Notes under the pieces: model-generated
What the model was told of the DNA's origin: nothing
The model's database searches: none
Seen by the model: only the letters and a program-made list of their open reading frames with translations
Shown here: positions 1 to 7,488 of the stretch, in pieces
Layout of the letters: every line of letters begins with the position of its first letter
How positions within the stretch are numbered: the stretch's first letter is position 1
Made by a program: the position numbers and the translations under genes
Assembly (NCBI GenBank): GCA_045592565.1
Contig: JAZNVA010000221.1
Location: forward strand, 1-38,297
Length of the DNA: 38,297 nt
Direction: 5' to 3'
Source of the DNA: Eubacteriales bacterium
GTDB lineage: Bacteria > Bacillota > Clostridia > Oscillospirales > CAG-272

Positions 1-1250
1 CAGGCGATCAAGCCGTTGACGATAGCGGGATAGGCATTAAGGATCCGTCCTGCCTTGGTATCGGTCTGTCTCCAGGATTCCACGCAGCCTCCAAAATTCT
101 TCACCGAGTTTTTCTCATTGGTAAAGGATTTGATAACTCGAATACCCGGAATGGTATCGGTCAGAACCGAGGTCACCGCAGAAGAGCGACGCCAGATCCG
201 ACGGTAAAAGGGAGCGATCTTCTTTTTAAAGATGCGGGAGCCAATGACGATCAGTGGAACAGGAATCAGAGAGAACAGTGTCAGCTTGGGATTCAGCACC
301 AGCATGATGACCACGATACCTACCAGCTTGAAGAATTGAACCACCACCTCCTGCGTAATGCGGAGCATGAACGCCTGAATGGTCGCCGTATCGCTGCTGA
401 TGCGGTTGATCACCGAGCCCGTAGAGGTTTTGTCGTAAAACCGCATGGGCAAATACTGCGCCTTTTCGTAGACCTCACAACGCAACCTCGCCACGATCTT
501 GTTGCCCGAGATCCGAAGCAGATAGCCGCGGAAGCCCGAAATAACGTAGTGTACTACGTGCAAGGAAACCAATCCAACCACCACAACCGTCAGCATGCGG
601 CTGTCGTTGTTCGGCAAGATGGTATCCACCAGTGACTTCGTCAAAAGAGGAGGCACCAGCGCGATCGCCGTAGTGATAATGGACATCACCACCGCCACGA
701 TCAAAACGGGCATCTCGGGCTTGAGGTACTGCCAAAATTTCTTCATTACCCTGCCCTTATTCATACAGTGAATACAAGGAACGCCGGGAGCGGAAAGCGT
801 TCGGCCGCAGCGTGGGCAGACCGACAGCATTTTTTCGTAAACGCCCGCCATGGCGTCCAGCGCCGCCGCAGGATCCTCACCGTCACGAATGCTCGTCACA
901 TAGGTCAAGACCGCATCGCACAGTGCCGTTACCGTAAAGGTAAAGCGAAACAGGTCTCGTTTTTCCCCACCCTCGGTATGTAAGCGCATAATGCCGTTTC
1001 CGTACATCCGCTTGTTGTAGATCTCTTTCACCTGAGAAAAGGCAAATCGCTCTGAGCACTCTTCCTTCTGAAAATCATACGTAAACAGATGAGAATCTGT
1101 AGCCAGAAGCACGTTCGTGCCGTATTGAGCCTCCCTTGAGATAGCTCCCACCACGGCAAAAAGCACAGGCTCTTCCTCGCTTCCCAGCGAGACAATGATC
1201 CTTAACTGATCGTCTGTCAGCTTTTGGTTGATGAGGATTTGAGTTTCCAT
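1..1250 (-). CDS. ABC exporter (fused TMD-NBD type), 5' portion only; has a 168-aa N-terminal extension with a zinc ribbon
   Basis: My own reverse-complement translation from the ATG at 1250 gives METQILINQKLTDDQ...CPRCGRTLSAPGVPCIHCMNKGRV, then MKKFWQYLKPEMPVLIVAVVMSIITTAIALVPPLLTKSLVDTIL...MRFYDKTSTGSVINRISSDT...IPGIRVIKSFTNE. The second part is a typical type-I ABC exporter transmembrane domain. The frame stays open to the window edge, which explains why the ORF track does not list it. Confidence 0.8.
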   Translation of the reverse strand, partial: METQILINQKLTDDQLRIIVSLGSEEEPVLFAVVGAISREAQYGTNVLLATDSHLFTYDFQKEECSERFAFSQVKEIYNKRMYGNGIMRLHTEGGEKRDLFRFTFTVTALCDAVLTYVTSIRDGEDPAAALDAMAGVYEKMLSVCPRCGRTLSAPGVPCIHCMNKGRVMKKFWQYLKPEMPVLIVAVVMSIITTAIALVPPLLTKSLVDTILPNNDSRMLTVVVVGLVSLHVVHYVISGFRGYLLRISGNKIVARLRCEVYEKAQYLPMRFYDKTSTGSVINRISSDTATIQAFMLRITQEVVVQFFKLVGIVVIMLVLNPKLTLFSLIPVPLIVIGSRIFKKKIAPFYRRIWRRSSAVTSVLTDTIPGIRVIKSFTNEKNSVKNFGGCVESWRQTDTKAGRILNAYPAIVNGLIA

Positions 1251-1418
1251 CATTCCCGTCGCGACCGAATCGGCGCTCTCCTTTTTTCTATTCTTCGCGT
1301 ATTCTACCATTTATCGAAGGGAAAGTCAACCCTTTTTTTCCTTTTTTTCAGCATTTTTTCGGCTTTTTTTCGCCAAAAAATTTCTACGAAAAAATTTTTA
1401 AAAAATTTCAAAAAAGGG

Positions 1419-1447
1419 TTGATTTTTTAAAAAAACTATGATATAAT
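1419..1447 (+). promoter_or_regulatory. sigma-A type promoter upstream of tRNA-Ser
   Basis: TTGATT (1419-1424), 17-nt spacer, TATAAT (1442-1447), preceded by TGa (extended -10). It lies about 15 nt upstream of the tRNA 5' end in an AT-rich tract. Confidence 0.6.
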
Positions 1448-1461
1448 ACACTGGTCGGCAC

Positions 1462-1553
1462 GGAGAGATGGCTGAGTTGGTCTAAGGCGCACGACTGGAA
1501 ATCGTGTGTAGGCTAATACCCTACCGTGAGTTCGAATCTCACTCTCTCCGCCA
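1462..1553 (+). tRNA. tRNA-Ser (anticodon GGA), encoded CCA
   Basis: Hand-folded. Acceptor GGAGAGA/TCTCTCC. Anticodon stem CACGA/TCGTG with loop CTGGAAA. Long variable arm GTAGG..CCTAC, as expected for a class II tRNA. T arm GTGAG-TTCGAAT-CTCAC. Discriminator G followed by CCA. Confidence 0.92.
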
Positions 1554-1558
1554 AAAAA

Positions 1559-1583
1559 GCACACCATTCGGTGTGCTTTTTTT
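1559..1583 (+). terminator. rho-independent terminator after tRNA-Ser
   Basis: Stem GCACACC / GGTGTGC, loop ATTC, followed by a T7 run. Confidence 0.8.
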
Positions 1584-1685
1584 GTGCGAGAAGTGGGAAT
1601 GAGACTCACGGCGCAAATTACTGCAGATCTTTATCCGATGCCCTTCTATCGGGTAATTTGCCTGTTCGGACAACGTCCGAACATC

Positions 1686-1714
1686 GAGTTCCGAATCTCA
1701 CTCTCTCCGCCAAA
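1686..1714 (+). repeat. degenerate direct copy of the tRNA-Ser 3' end (T-arm, acceptor and CCA)
   Basis: GAGTTCCGAATCTCACTCTCTCCGCCAAA here versus GAGTTCGAATCTCACTCTCTCCGCCAAA at 1528-1556. The two are identical except for one extra C. No matching 5' acceptor strand (GGAGAGA) occurs upstream. Confidence 0.75.
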
Positions 1715-1746
1715 CAGGACGAAGCAACCGCTTCGTCCTGTTTTTT
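1715..1746 (+). terminator. rho-independent terminator following the tRNA-fragment copy
   Basis: Stem CAGGACGAAGC / GCTTCGTCCTG, loop AACC, then a T6 run. Confidence 0.75.
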
Positions 1747-1867
1747 ATTTGCCGTCGTTCCCCTTTGCTTTGGTCAATTCAACCATTTACCGATTTTCTT
1801 TGTGCATTATGACGAAACAGCCAAAAACGATTGCCTCCTTCTTTTATTTCGATTTTCATTTTTGCTA

Positions 1868-1896
1868 TTGCATTATCGTTAATATTGTGCTATAAT
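1868..1896 (+). promoter_or_regulatory. sigma-A type promoter for the beta-helix gene
   Basis: TTGCAT, 17-nt spacer, TGcTATAAT. An AAAGGAG RBS follows at 1921-1927. Confidence 0.6.
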
Positions 1897-1936
1897 GAAG
1901 CAAATTAAAACCTCTATCTAAAAAGGAGCAAACCAT

Positions 1937-3448
1937 ATGCTGATCACTGCTACCAAGCAAACCGTCGCGGAATTCGACACATTGACAGAAAAAAGAAAAT
2001 CGGAAATACGAAACACCCCCGACGCGCTTACGATCACAGGCACGTGCTATTACGTCAGCAACGAGGGCGATGATACCAATGACGGTCGCAGCCCCGATAC
2101 GCCATGGAAAACGCTTGCCAAGGTAGGCGAGGTCGCGTTTTGCGAGGGAGACGCCGTTCTCTTTCGCCGAGGCGATCTCTTCCGCGGCGGGATCCAAATT
2201 GCCGTTCCGCACTTTACCGTAGGTGCCTACGGAGAGGGTGATAAGCCGAAATTCTTTGGCGCGGCGCGAGACCTGAAGGATCCCTCTCTCTGGCAGGAGA
2301 TCGACCCCGCTCATCACATCTGGAAATGGGGCGAGAAGATCCTCGACGCGGGTACCATTGTCTTTAATGAGGGAGAGCGACTTTCCATCAAGCTGATCCC
2401 TTCCTATATCGGAGGACGCTTCGTTTGTCGTGACGATGAAAGTAAACCCTTCGTAATGGCTGAGGAAATGGTCCGCGATCTGGATCTCTATTGGCATTTT
2501 GAGGACAAGATGACCACCCGTCCCTCCAAGGGGGAGGACTTCCCTATTCCCGATCCCATCGGAGGTATGGGCAACCTTTATCTGCGTTGCGACAGCGGAA
2601 ATCCCGCGCTCGTCTTTGACAAGGTAGAAGCCATCTCCCAGCAGGTTGTTTTCCGTTTGCGCAGCAAGGCAGCCTACGCCCATTTTGACAATCTCTGTGT
2701 CCAATACGCGGGCTTTGCCATCGGTGCCGGCGGTCCTTGCGTTACGGGACTTCACGTGACCAACTGCGAGATGGGCTGGATCGGCGGACAGATCCAGCAC
2801 TATTTCGGAACCGATCCCAACTATCCCGAGGGAAAGCGCGGATCGGTAACTCGCTTCGGCAATGCCATTGAGATCTACGGCGGCTGTAACGATTACGTGG
2901 TGGAAAACTGCTATATCTATCAGTGCTATGACGCGGGCATTACCCATCAGATCAACACCTGCGGTACTCCCTATGCCATGACCAATATCCGCTATGCAAA
3001 CAACCTCATTGAGTATTGCGTATACGGCATCGAATACTTTTTGGATCAAATGAACGGCGATACCGAAAGCTACATGAAGAACGTAGAAATGTGCCAAAAT
3101 ATCATCCGCCATTCGGGCTACGGCTGGGGACAGCAACGGCACAATACCCATACCCCCGCCCATATCAAGGGCTGGAGCTACACAAACACCGCCTCGGACT
3201 TCTCCATTCATCACAATCTCTTCGGCGAGGCAAATTACCGTATGCTCCATCTGGTGGCGCAAAAGCAAGAATCCTGCCCTGTAATGTACGAAAACACCTA
3301 TCTGCAAAACGAGGATAAGCCTCTGGGACAGTACGGCGGAAACGAACTTGCGGAGCCCCCCATTCTGCCCTTTGACCGCAAGGCAGACGAGACAATCGCG
3401 AGCATCTTCAAGGATCAAAACGCGAAGGTCTATTTAATCGAAAAATAA
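1937..3448 (+). CDS. right-handed parallel beta-helix (pectate-lyase fold) repeat protein, no signal peptide
   Basis: 503 aa. The N-terminal segment YYVSNEGDDTNDGRSPDTPWKTLAKV..GDAVLFRRGDLFRG is typical of beta-helix family entry strands. Repeated rung-like segments follow (NCEMGWIGG, NCYIYQCYDAGITHQ, NNLIEYCVYGIEY). The N-terminus is hydrophilic. Confidence 0.65.
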   Translation: MLITATKQTVAEFDTLTEKRKSEIRNTPDALTITGTCYYVSNEGDDTNDGRSPDTPWKTLAKVGEVAFCEGDAVLFRRGDLFRGGIQIAVPHFTVGAYGEGDKPKFFGAARDLKDPSLWQEIDPAHHIWKWGEKILDAGTIVFNEGERLSIKLIPSYIGGRFVCRDDESKPFVMAEEMVRDLDLYWHFEDKMTTRPSKGEDFPIPDPIGGMGNLYLRCDSGNPALVFDKVEAISQQVVFRLRSKAAYAHFDNLCVQYAGFAIGAGGPCVTGLHVTNCEMGWIGGQIQHYFGTDPNYPEGKRGSVTRFGNAIEIYGGCNDYVVENCYIYQCYDAGITHQINTCGTPYAMTNIRYANNLIEYCVYGIEYFLDQMNGDTESYMKNVEMCQNIIRHSGYGWGQQRHNTHTPAHIKGWSYTNTASDFSIHHNLFGEANYRMLHLVAQKQESCPVMYENTYLQNEDKPLGQYGGNELAEPPILPFDRKADETIASIFKDQNAKVYLIEK

Positions 3449-3451
3449 AAA

Positions 3452-3481
3452 AAGCCGTAGGGACTCGTGTCCCTACGGCTT
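3452..3481. terminator. bidirectional hairpin terminator between convergent genes
   Basis: Stem AAGCCGTAGGGA / TCCCTACGGCTT, loop CTCGTG. An A-run lies on the left, which reads as a T-run on the minus strand. Confidence 0.75.
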
Positions 3482-3484
3482 CTC

Positions 3485-4171
3485 TCATACCCGCCACAGC
3501 ACGTAAAACATAACGGCAAGGGCGTGCAGGATACTGCCTACCAAGGTCAGCAAATGGAAGATCGAATGAAAATATTTCCTCTTTTTTCCCAGGCGGAAAA
3601 AGATCGCGCCACCCGTGTAAAGGATCCCGCCGATCAGAACCAGTAAGAAGCCGTCCCGACCAAGAGAATCCAAAGCCTGCGGCATACTGAATATCACTGC
3701 CCAGCCCATACCGATATAGCAGACCTGACTGAACACCTTATACTTATGCAAGTCGATAGCGGTCAGTGTCACCGCCAGCGCCGCCAAGCCCCAAACTGCT
3801 CCAAAGGTGATCCATGCGGCTACGGGATACTTCCTTGCCATACAGCAAACCAGAATGGGCGTATAGGTTCCCGCGATGAGAAAATAGATGGTACAGTGGT
3901 CCATGATCTGAAACACACGCTTGGCAAGATTGGGACGCAGACCGTGGTAGATACTGGACATACAATACAGCGCCGTCATAGAAAAGCCGAACACGGCACC
4001 GCAAATCCCCCCCGCTACGCTTCCCCGCAAAGCGGGAATCAGCACACAGAACACCAACGTGGCGATCCCGATGGCACCTCCCACAATGTGTGACACCATA
4101 TTGAATACTTCTTCTCCCTTGGTATAAGCGGGCAAAATACGGTCGCGCAATCGAATTCGAGCCATCGCCAT
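3485..4171 (-). CDS. hemolysin-III / PAQR family membrane protein
   Basis: 228 aa, seven hydrophobic helices. Family motifs are NMVSHIVGG, DHCTIYFLIAGTYTP and FHLLTLVGSILH. A GGGAGGA RBS is present. Confidence 0.85.
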   Translation of the reverse strand: MAMARIRLRDRILPAYTKGEEVFNMVSHIVGGAIGIATLVFCVLIPALRGSVAGGICGAVFGFSMTALYCMSSIYHGLRPNLAKRVFQIMDHCTIYFLIAGTYTPILVCCMARKYPVAAWITFGAVWGLAALAVTLTAIDLHKYKVFSQVCYIGMGWAVIFSMPQALDSLGRDGFLLVLIGGILYTGGAIFFRLGKKRKYFHSIFHLLTLVGSILHALAVMFYVLWRV

Positions 4172-4219
4172 TATATAATCCTCCCTGTTATATGGTATTG
4201 AGTACTACATTATATGGTT

Positions 4220-4248
4220 ATTATACCACATGTATTCAAGAAGTACAA
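4220..4248 (-). promoter_or_regulatory. sigma-A type promoter for the hemolysin-III gene
   Basis: On the minus strand: TTGTAC, 17-nt spacer, TGgTATAAT. Confidence 0.5.
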
Positions 4249-4268
4249 GTCTTTTTCGAAAAAAATTC

Positions 4269-4312
4269 AAAAAAAAAAACAGGCATTCTCCGTTTTTAAG
4301 GAAAATGCCTGT
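4269..4312 (-). terminator. rho-independent terminator of the efp operon
   Basis: Stem ACAGGCATT / AATGCCTGT. On the minus strand it is followed by a T11 run (the A11 run at 4269-4279 on plus). Confidence 0.75.
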
Positions 4313-4328
4313 TTTTATTTGTTTGAAA

Positions 4329-4778
4329 TTATTCTGCGTCCAGAGCCTCGAGATCCTCCTCGGAAATCAGACACTCAAACTTCTCGCCGCATGCGGGGCA
4401 GATCAGCTCCTCGGGATCGATGCTGCTATCGAAGCAGATGGTGTCGCCACATGCAGGGCACTCCACCTCAAAATAGTCCTCATCATCACAGTCACAGTCG
4501 CAGTCGTCATCGCAATCGCAGCAATCGCAACAATCGCAATCGCAGTCGTCGCAATCCTCATCCAACAGATACTCCTCAACAGCGCCCAGATCCTCGTCCA
4601 GCTCCTCGCAGTATGCGTGAACGGTGTCCACAGCCTCGTCCAGCGCGGCAAGCTCCTCTGCCATATCTGAGCAAAGCTCAATCAGAGCGGCAATGATCTT
4701 GCCCTCCTTGGAAGCCGTATCCAGCTCCATTCCCTCTGCCAAGCCCTTGATATAGGCGGCTCTTTCGTTCAGTGTCAT
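4329..4778 (-). CDS. small acidic protein: helical N-terminus, (Cys/Asp)n tract, C-terminal CPACG..CPACG zinc ribbon
   Basis: 149 aa. A GGAGGTG RBS sits 25 nt after the efp stop. From memory, the N-terminal part resembles the clostridial family named 'CD1247 N-terminal domain-containing protein' that sits next to efp; this is not verifiable here. Confidence 0.8.
   Translation of the reverse strand: MTLNERAAYIKGLAEGMELDTASKEGKIIAALIELCSDMAEELAALDEAVDTVHAYCEELDEDLGAVEEYLLDEDCDDCDCDCCDCCDCDDDCDCDCDDEDYFEVECPACGDTICFDSSIDPEELICPACGEKFECLISEEDLEALDAE
4476..4562 (-). repeat. imperfect GCARTC/GTC tandem repeat encoding DEDCDDCDCDCCDCCDCDDDCDCDCDDED
   Basis: The plus strand reads gtcacagtcgcagtcgtcatcgcaatcgcagcaatcgcaacaatcgcaatcgcagtcgtcgcaatc. 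This is in frame within the 4329..4778 CDS (residues 73-101). Confidence 0.9.
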
Positions 4779-4803
4779 ATCACACCTCCGTGACTGTCTC
4801 GGC

Positions 4804-5361
4804 TTACGCGCGGGACAGATACTCGCCGGTTCTGGTATCGATCTTCAGAACCTCACCCTCGTTGATGAAGAGCGGAACCTTGATCACGGCACCGGTCTCC
4901 AGAGTTGCGGGCTTCAGGGTGTTGGTTGCGGTGTTACCTGCAAAGCCGGGATCGGTCTGGGTAACTGCCAGCTCAACGAACGTGGGGGGCTCTACGGCAA
5001 ATACATTGCCCTTGTAGGAAAGGATCTTGCACAGCATCTCTTCCTTTACAAACTGGAAGCTTTCGGGAAGCTTATCGCTGTTCAGGGGCAGCATATCGTA
5101 GGTCTCCATATCCATAAAATAATAGAGATCGCCGTCGTTGTAGGAGTACTGCATTTCCTTTCTTTCGATATATGCGTTCTCAAACTTGTCCGTGGGGCTG
5201 AAGGTTCTCTCAATAACGGAACCGGTGATGACGTTCTTGATCTTGGTACGAACGAACGCCGCTCCCTTACCGGGCTTTACGTGCTGGAACTCGATAACCT
5301 GATAAACGTTACCGTCCATATCAAAGGTGATGCCGTTCTTAAAATCGCCTGCTACTACCAT
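4804..5361 (-). CDS. efp: translation elongation factor P
   Basis: 185 aa. The protein is full-length EF-P-like, including the [14 protein letters not shown] loop with Lys32. Confidence 0.95.
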   Translation of the reverse strand: MVVAGDFKNGITFDMDGNVYQVIEFQHVKPGKGAAFVRTKIKNVITGSVIERTFSPTDKFENAYIERKEMQYSYNDGDLYYFMDMETYDMLPLNSDKLPESFQFVKEEMLCKILSYKGNVFAVEPPTFVELAVTQTDPGFAGNTATNTLKPATLETGAVIKVPLFINEGEVLKIDTRTGEYLSRA

Positions 5362-5427
5362 ATTTTACTATCCTCCGAAATATTTTTCTTCTTGCACTCT
5401 CTTTGAGTGTGCATATCAATTCAGTTT

Positions 5428-5456
5428 ATTTTACACCATTTTGAAAAAAATTTCAA
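5428..5456 (-). promoter_or_regulatory. candidate sigma-A promoter for efp
   Basis: On the minus strand: TTGAAA, 17-nt spacer, TGtTAAAAT. Confidence 0.45.
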
Positions 5457-5577
5457 GTGCTTTTTGAATATTTGTCAATAATTTTTCAAAAATTCTCGTA
5501 ACTCTATTAAAAATGATCATTTTTTCAAAAAAGAAACAGAAAATCTTGTGCGGAATATCCCAAAATTGAAAATTCCG

Positions 5578-5606
5578 TTGACAAGAGAAAAAAAAGGGGG
5601 TATAAT
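5578..5606 (+). promoter_or_regulatory. sigma-A promoter for the yicC operon
   Basis: Consensus TTGACA, 17-nt spacer, TATAAT, about 40 nt upstream of the yicC ATG. Confidence 0.65.
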
Positions 5607-5645
5607 TATTGTGTATAGATATATTTTTATGAAAGGAATGTCCAA

Positions 5646-6533
5646 ATGATCAGAAGCATGACCGCCTTCGGACGAGCGAGAGCCACCGTAGGCGGAAAAG
5701 ATATTACCGTGGAGATCCGCTCGGTAAACAACCGATTTTTTGATTGCTCCGTGAAGCTTCCCAGAGCTTTCTCCTTTTTAGAGGAAAAGATCAAGCCCCA
5801 CCTTCTTGCATCGGGCGTATCCCGCGGCAAGGTGGACGTATTCGTGGGAGTGGACGTAGTGGACTCCCCCGCCGCGCAGATCGCCGTGGACGAGGGCTAT
5901 ACCGCTGCTTATCTGTCTGCCCTGCGACAGCTGAGAGACTCCTTCGGACTGAAGGACGACATCAGTGTGATGACCGTAGCACAAAACCGTGAGCTCTTTT
6001 TGGTCCGAAAGCCTGAGGAGGATACGGAAAAGGATTGGGACGACCTGAGAACCGTTTTGGATGAGGCGGTGGAACGCTTTATTGCCGCCCGTACCCGCGA
6101 GGGAGAAAATATCCGCCGTGATCTTGTGAGCAAGGTGGAGTCCATTCGCGAAAAGGTCAATGAGATCGAGGCACTTTCTCTGGCGGACGGAGAGACCTAC
6201 CGTCAGAAGCTGGAGGCAAGGCTTCGGGAAATGCTTTCCGACAATCGGATCGCTTTTGATGAGAACCGTATTCTCACCGAGTGCGCCATCTTTGCCGATC
6301 GCATTGCCATCGACGAGGAGTTGGTTCGTCTGCGTTCCCATTTCGACGGCTTTGCCGACATTCTCGCATCCGACGAACCGGTGGGAAGACGATTGGATTT
6401 CTTGGTACAGGAGTTGAATCGGGAAACCAACACCATCGGCTCCAAGTGTCAGAACGCCGCGATCGCCCGTCTGGTGGTGGATATCAAATGTGAAATTGAA
6501 AAAATCAGAGAGCAGATTCAGAACATTGAATAA
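5646..6533 (+). CDS. yicC: YicC/YloC family stress-induced protein (endoribonuclease)
   Basis: 295 aa. N-terminal MIRSMTAFGRA...NRFFD; C-terminal ELNRETNTIGSK motif. Confidence 0.9.
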   Translation: MIRSMTAFGRARATVGGKDITVEIRSVNNRFFDCSVKLPRAFSFLEEKIKPHLLASGVSRGKVDVFVGVDVVDSPAAQIAVDEGYTAAYLSALRQLRDSFGLKDDISVMTVAQNRELFLVRKPEEDTEKDWDDLRTVLDEAVERFIAARTREGENIRRDLVSKVESIREKVNEIEALSLADGETYRQKLEARLREMLSDNRIAFDENRILTECAIFADRIAIDEELVRLRSHFDGFADILASDEPVGRRLDFLVQELNRETNTIGSKCQNAAIARLVVDIKCEIEKIREQIQNIE

Positions 6534-6560
6534 TCTGAGAGCAAAAAAGGACAGATACAT

Positions 6561-6827
6561 ATGAAATTCATTAACATCGGCTTTGGAAATATGGTGGCGT
6601 CCGACCGCATCGTCACCATCGTCTCTCCCGACTCGGCACCCGTCAAGCGTCTGATCCAGGACGCCAAAGACAGCGGTCGTGTCATTGACGTTTCCTGCGG
6701 TCGCCGTACCCGCGCGGTGATCATCACCGACAGCGAGCACGTGATCCTCTCCGCTATTCAGTCCGAGGCCATTGCCAACCGTCTGGACAGCAACGATTCC
6801 GCGCAAGACGAGGAATCGGAGGAATAA
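6561..6827 (+). CDS. remA: RemA/YlzA (DUF370) regulatory protein
   Basis: 88 aa. [58 protein letters not shown] closely parallels B. subtilis RemA. Confidence 0.9.
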   Translation: MKFINIGFGNMVASDRIVTIVSPDSAPVKRLIQDAKDSGRVIDVSCGRRTRAVIITDSEHVILSAIQSEAIANRLDSNDSAQDEESEE

Positions 6828-6840
6828 CGGAGGTATCGTC

Positions 6841-7449
6841 ATGAAAAAAGGACTTATGATCGTCATCTCCGGTCCCGCGGGAAGCGGAAAGGGCACGGTA
6901 AACGCCCACCTGCTCCGCACGGGTAACTTTGCCTACTCGGTCTCGGCAACCACCCGCGATCCCCGTCCGGGAGAGGTGGACGGTGTAAACTATCACTACA
7001 TTACCAAGGATGAATTTCTCCTTCGCATCGCGGACGGAGATATGCTGGAATATACCGAGTATTGCGGCAATTATTACGGAACTCCCCGCAAGGAAGCGGA
7101 GGAGGTTCTGGCTTCTGGCAAGAACCTGATCCTGGAGATCGAGGTGGAAGGTGCCAAAAACATCAAGCGAGCCTATCCCGATGCCGTTCTCATCATGCTT
7201 CTCCCCCCCTCCTTCGCCGTACAGGAGGCGCGTCTCCGCGGACGGGGGACCGAAAAAGAGGAAAAGATCCGTGAGCGTCTGGCGCGTACCCGCGAGGAGC
7301 TGAAGGAGATCGAAAGCTACGACTACGTGGTCTACAACTATGACTACAAGGATCGCGAGGCAGCAGAGGATATTCTGGCGATCATTCGTGCCGAGCATCA
7401 CTCGCTGCGCCGAAATCCCGATGCCGAAAGCCGTTACTTTGAAAACTAA
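6841..7449 (+). CDS. gmk: guanylate kinase
   Basis: Start chosen at the ATG at 6841, preceded by a GGAGG RBS. P-loop GPAGSGKGT. Conserved SATTRDPRPGEVDGVNYHY segment. Confidence 0.93.
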   Translation: MKKGLMIVISGPAGSGKGTVNAHLLRTGNFAYSVSATTRDPRPGEVDGVNYHYITKDEFLLRIADGDMLEYTEYCGNYYGTPRKEAEEVLASGKNLILEIEVEGAKNIKRAYPDAVLIMLLPPSFAVQEARLRGRGTEKEEKIRERLARTREELKEIESYDYVVYNYDYKDREAAEDILAIIRAEHHSLRRNPDAESRYFEN

Positions 7450-7488
7450 TTCACCATTTACGAAATACAGAGACAAGGAGAAAAAATT

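Noticed and set aside
1586-1713. Possible second complete tRNA (or tRNA-Sec/tmRNA-like gene) ending at the duplicated CCA end
   Set aside because: No 5' acceptor strand complementary to TCTCTCC is present. The T-loop has an insertion and only 3 of 5 T-stem pairs remain. No anticodon arm could be folded. Only the 3' fragment is tRNA-like.
1224-1895. ORFs 1224..1430, 1526..1882 and 1584..1895
   Set aside because: They run through an AT-rich promoter tract, the tRNA gene and two terminators. They have no RBS, and their translations are low-complexity Phe/Leu/Lys-rich sequence.
1865-3418. 517-aa minus-strand ORF that covers almost the whole beta-helix gene
   Set aside because: It is a mirror-frame shadow ORF. 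It has no RBS or promoter, and its composition is the Leu/Val/Gly/Ala/Arg-rich pattern typical of antisense frames. The plus-strand frame has a consensus promoter, an RBS, a recognisable fold signature and a terminator.
4489-4560. Short tandem repeat that could be mistaken for a CRISPR-like or VNTR non-coding array
   Set aside because: The unit is only 6 nt with no spacers, and it lies in frame inside a CDS that has an RBS and a flanking zinc-ribbon domain. It is reported as a coding repeat instead.
4214-4696. Plus-strand ORFs (160 and 146 aa) with striking RS/RN or AI repeats (HSHSRSRHRNRSNRNNRNRSRRN)
   Set aside because: They are alternative and antisense readings of the Cys/Asp repeat DNA and start inside a terminator/promoter region. 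The repetitiveness is inherited from the minus-strand coding repeat.
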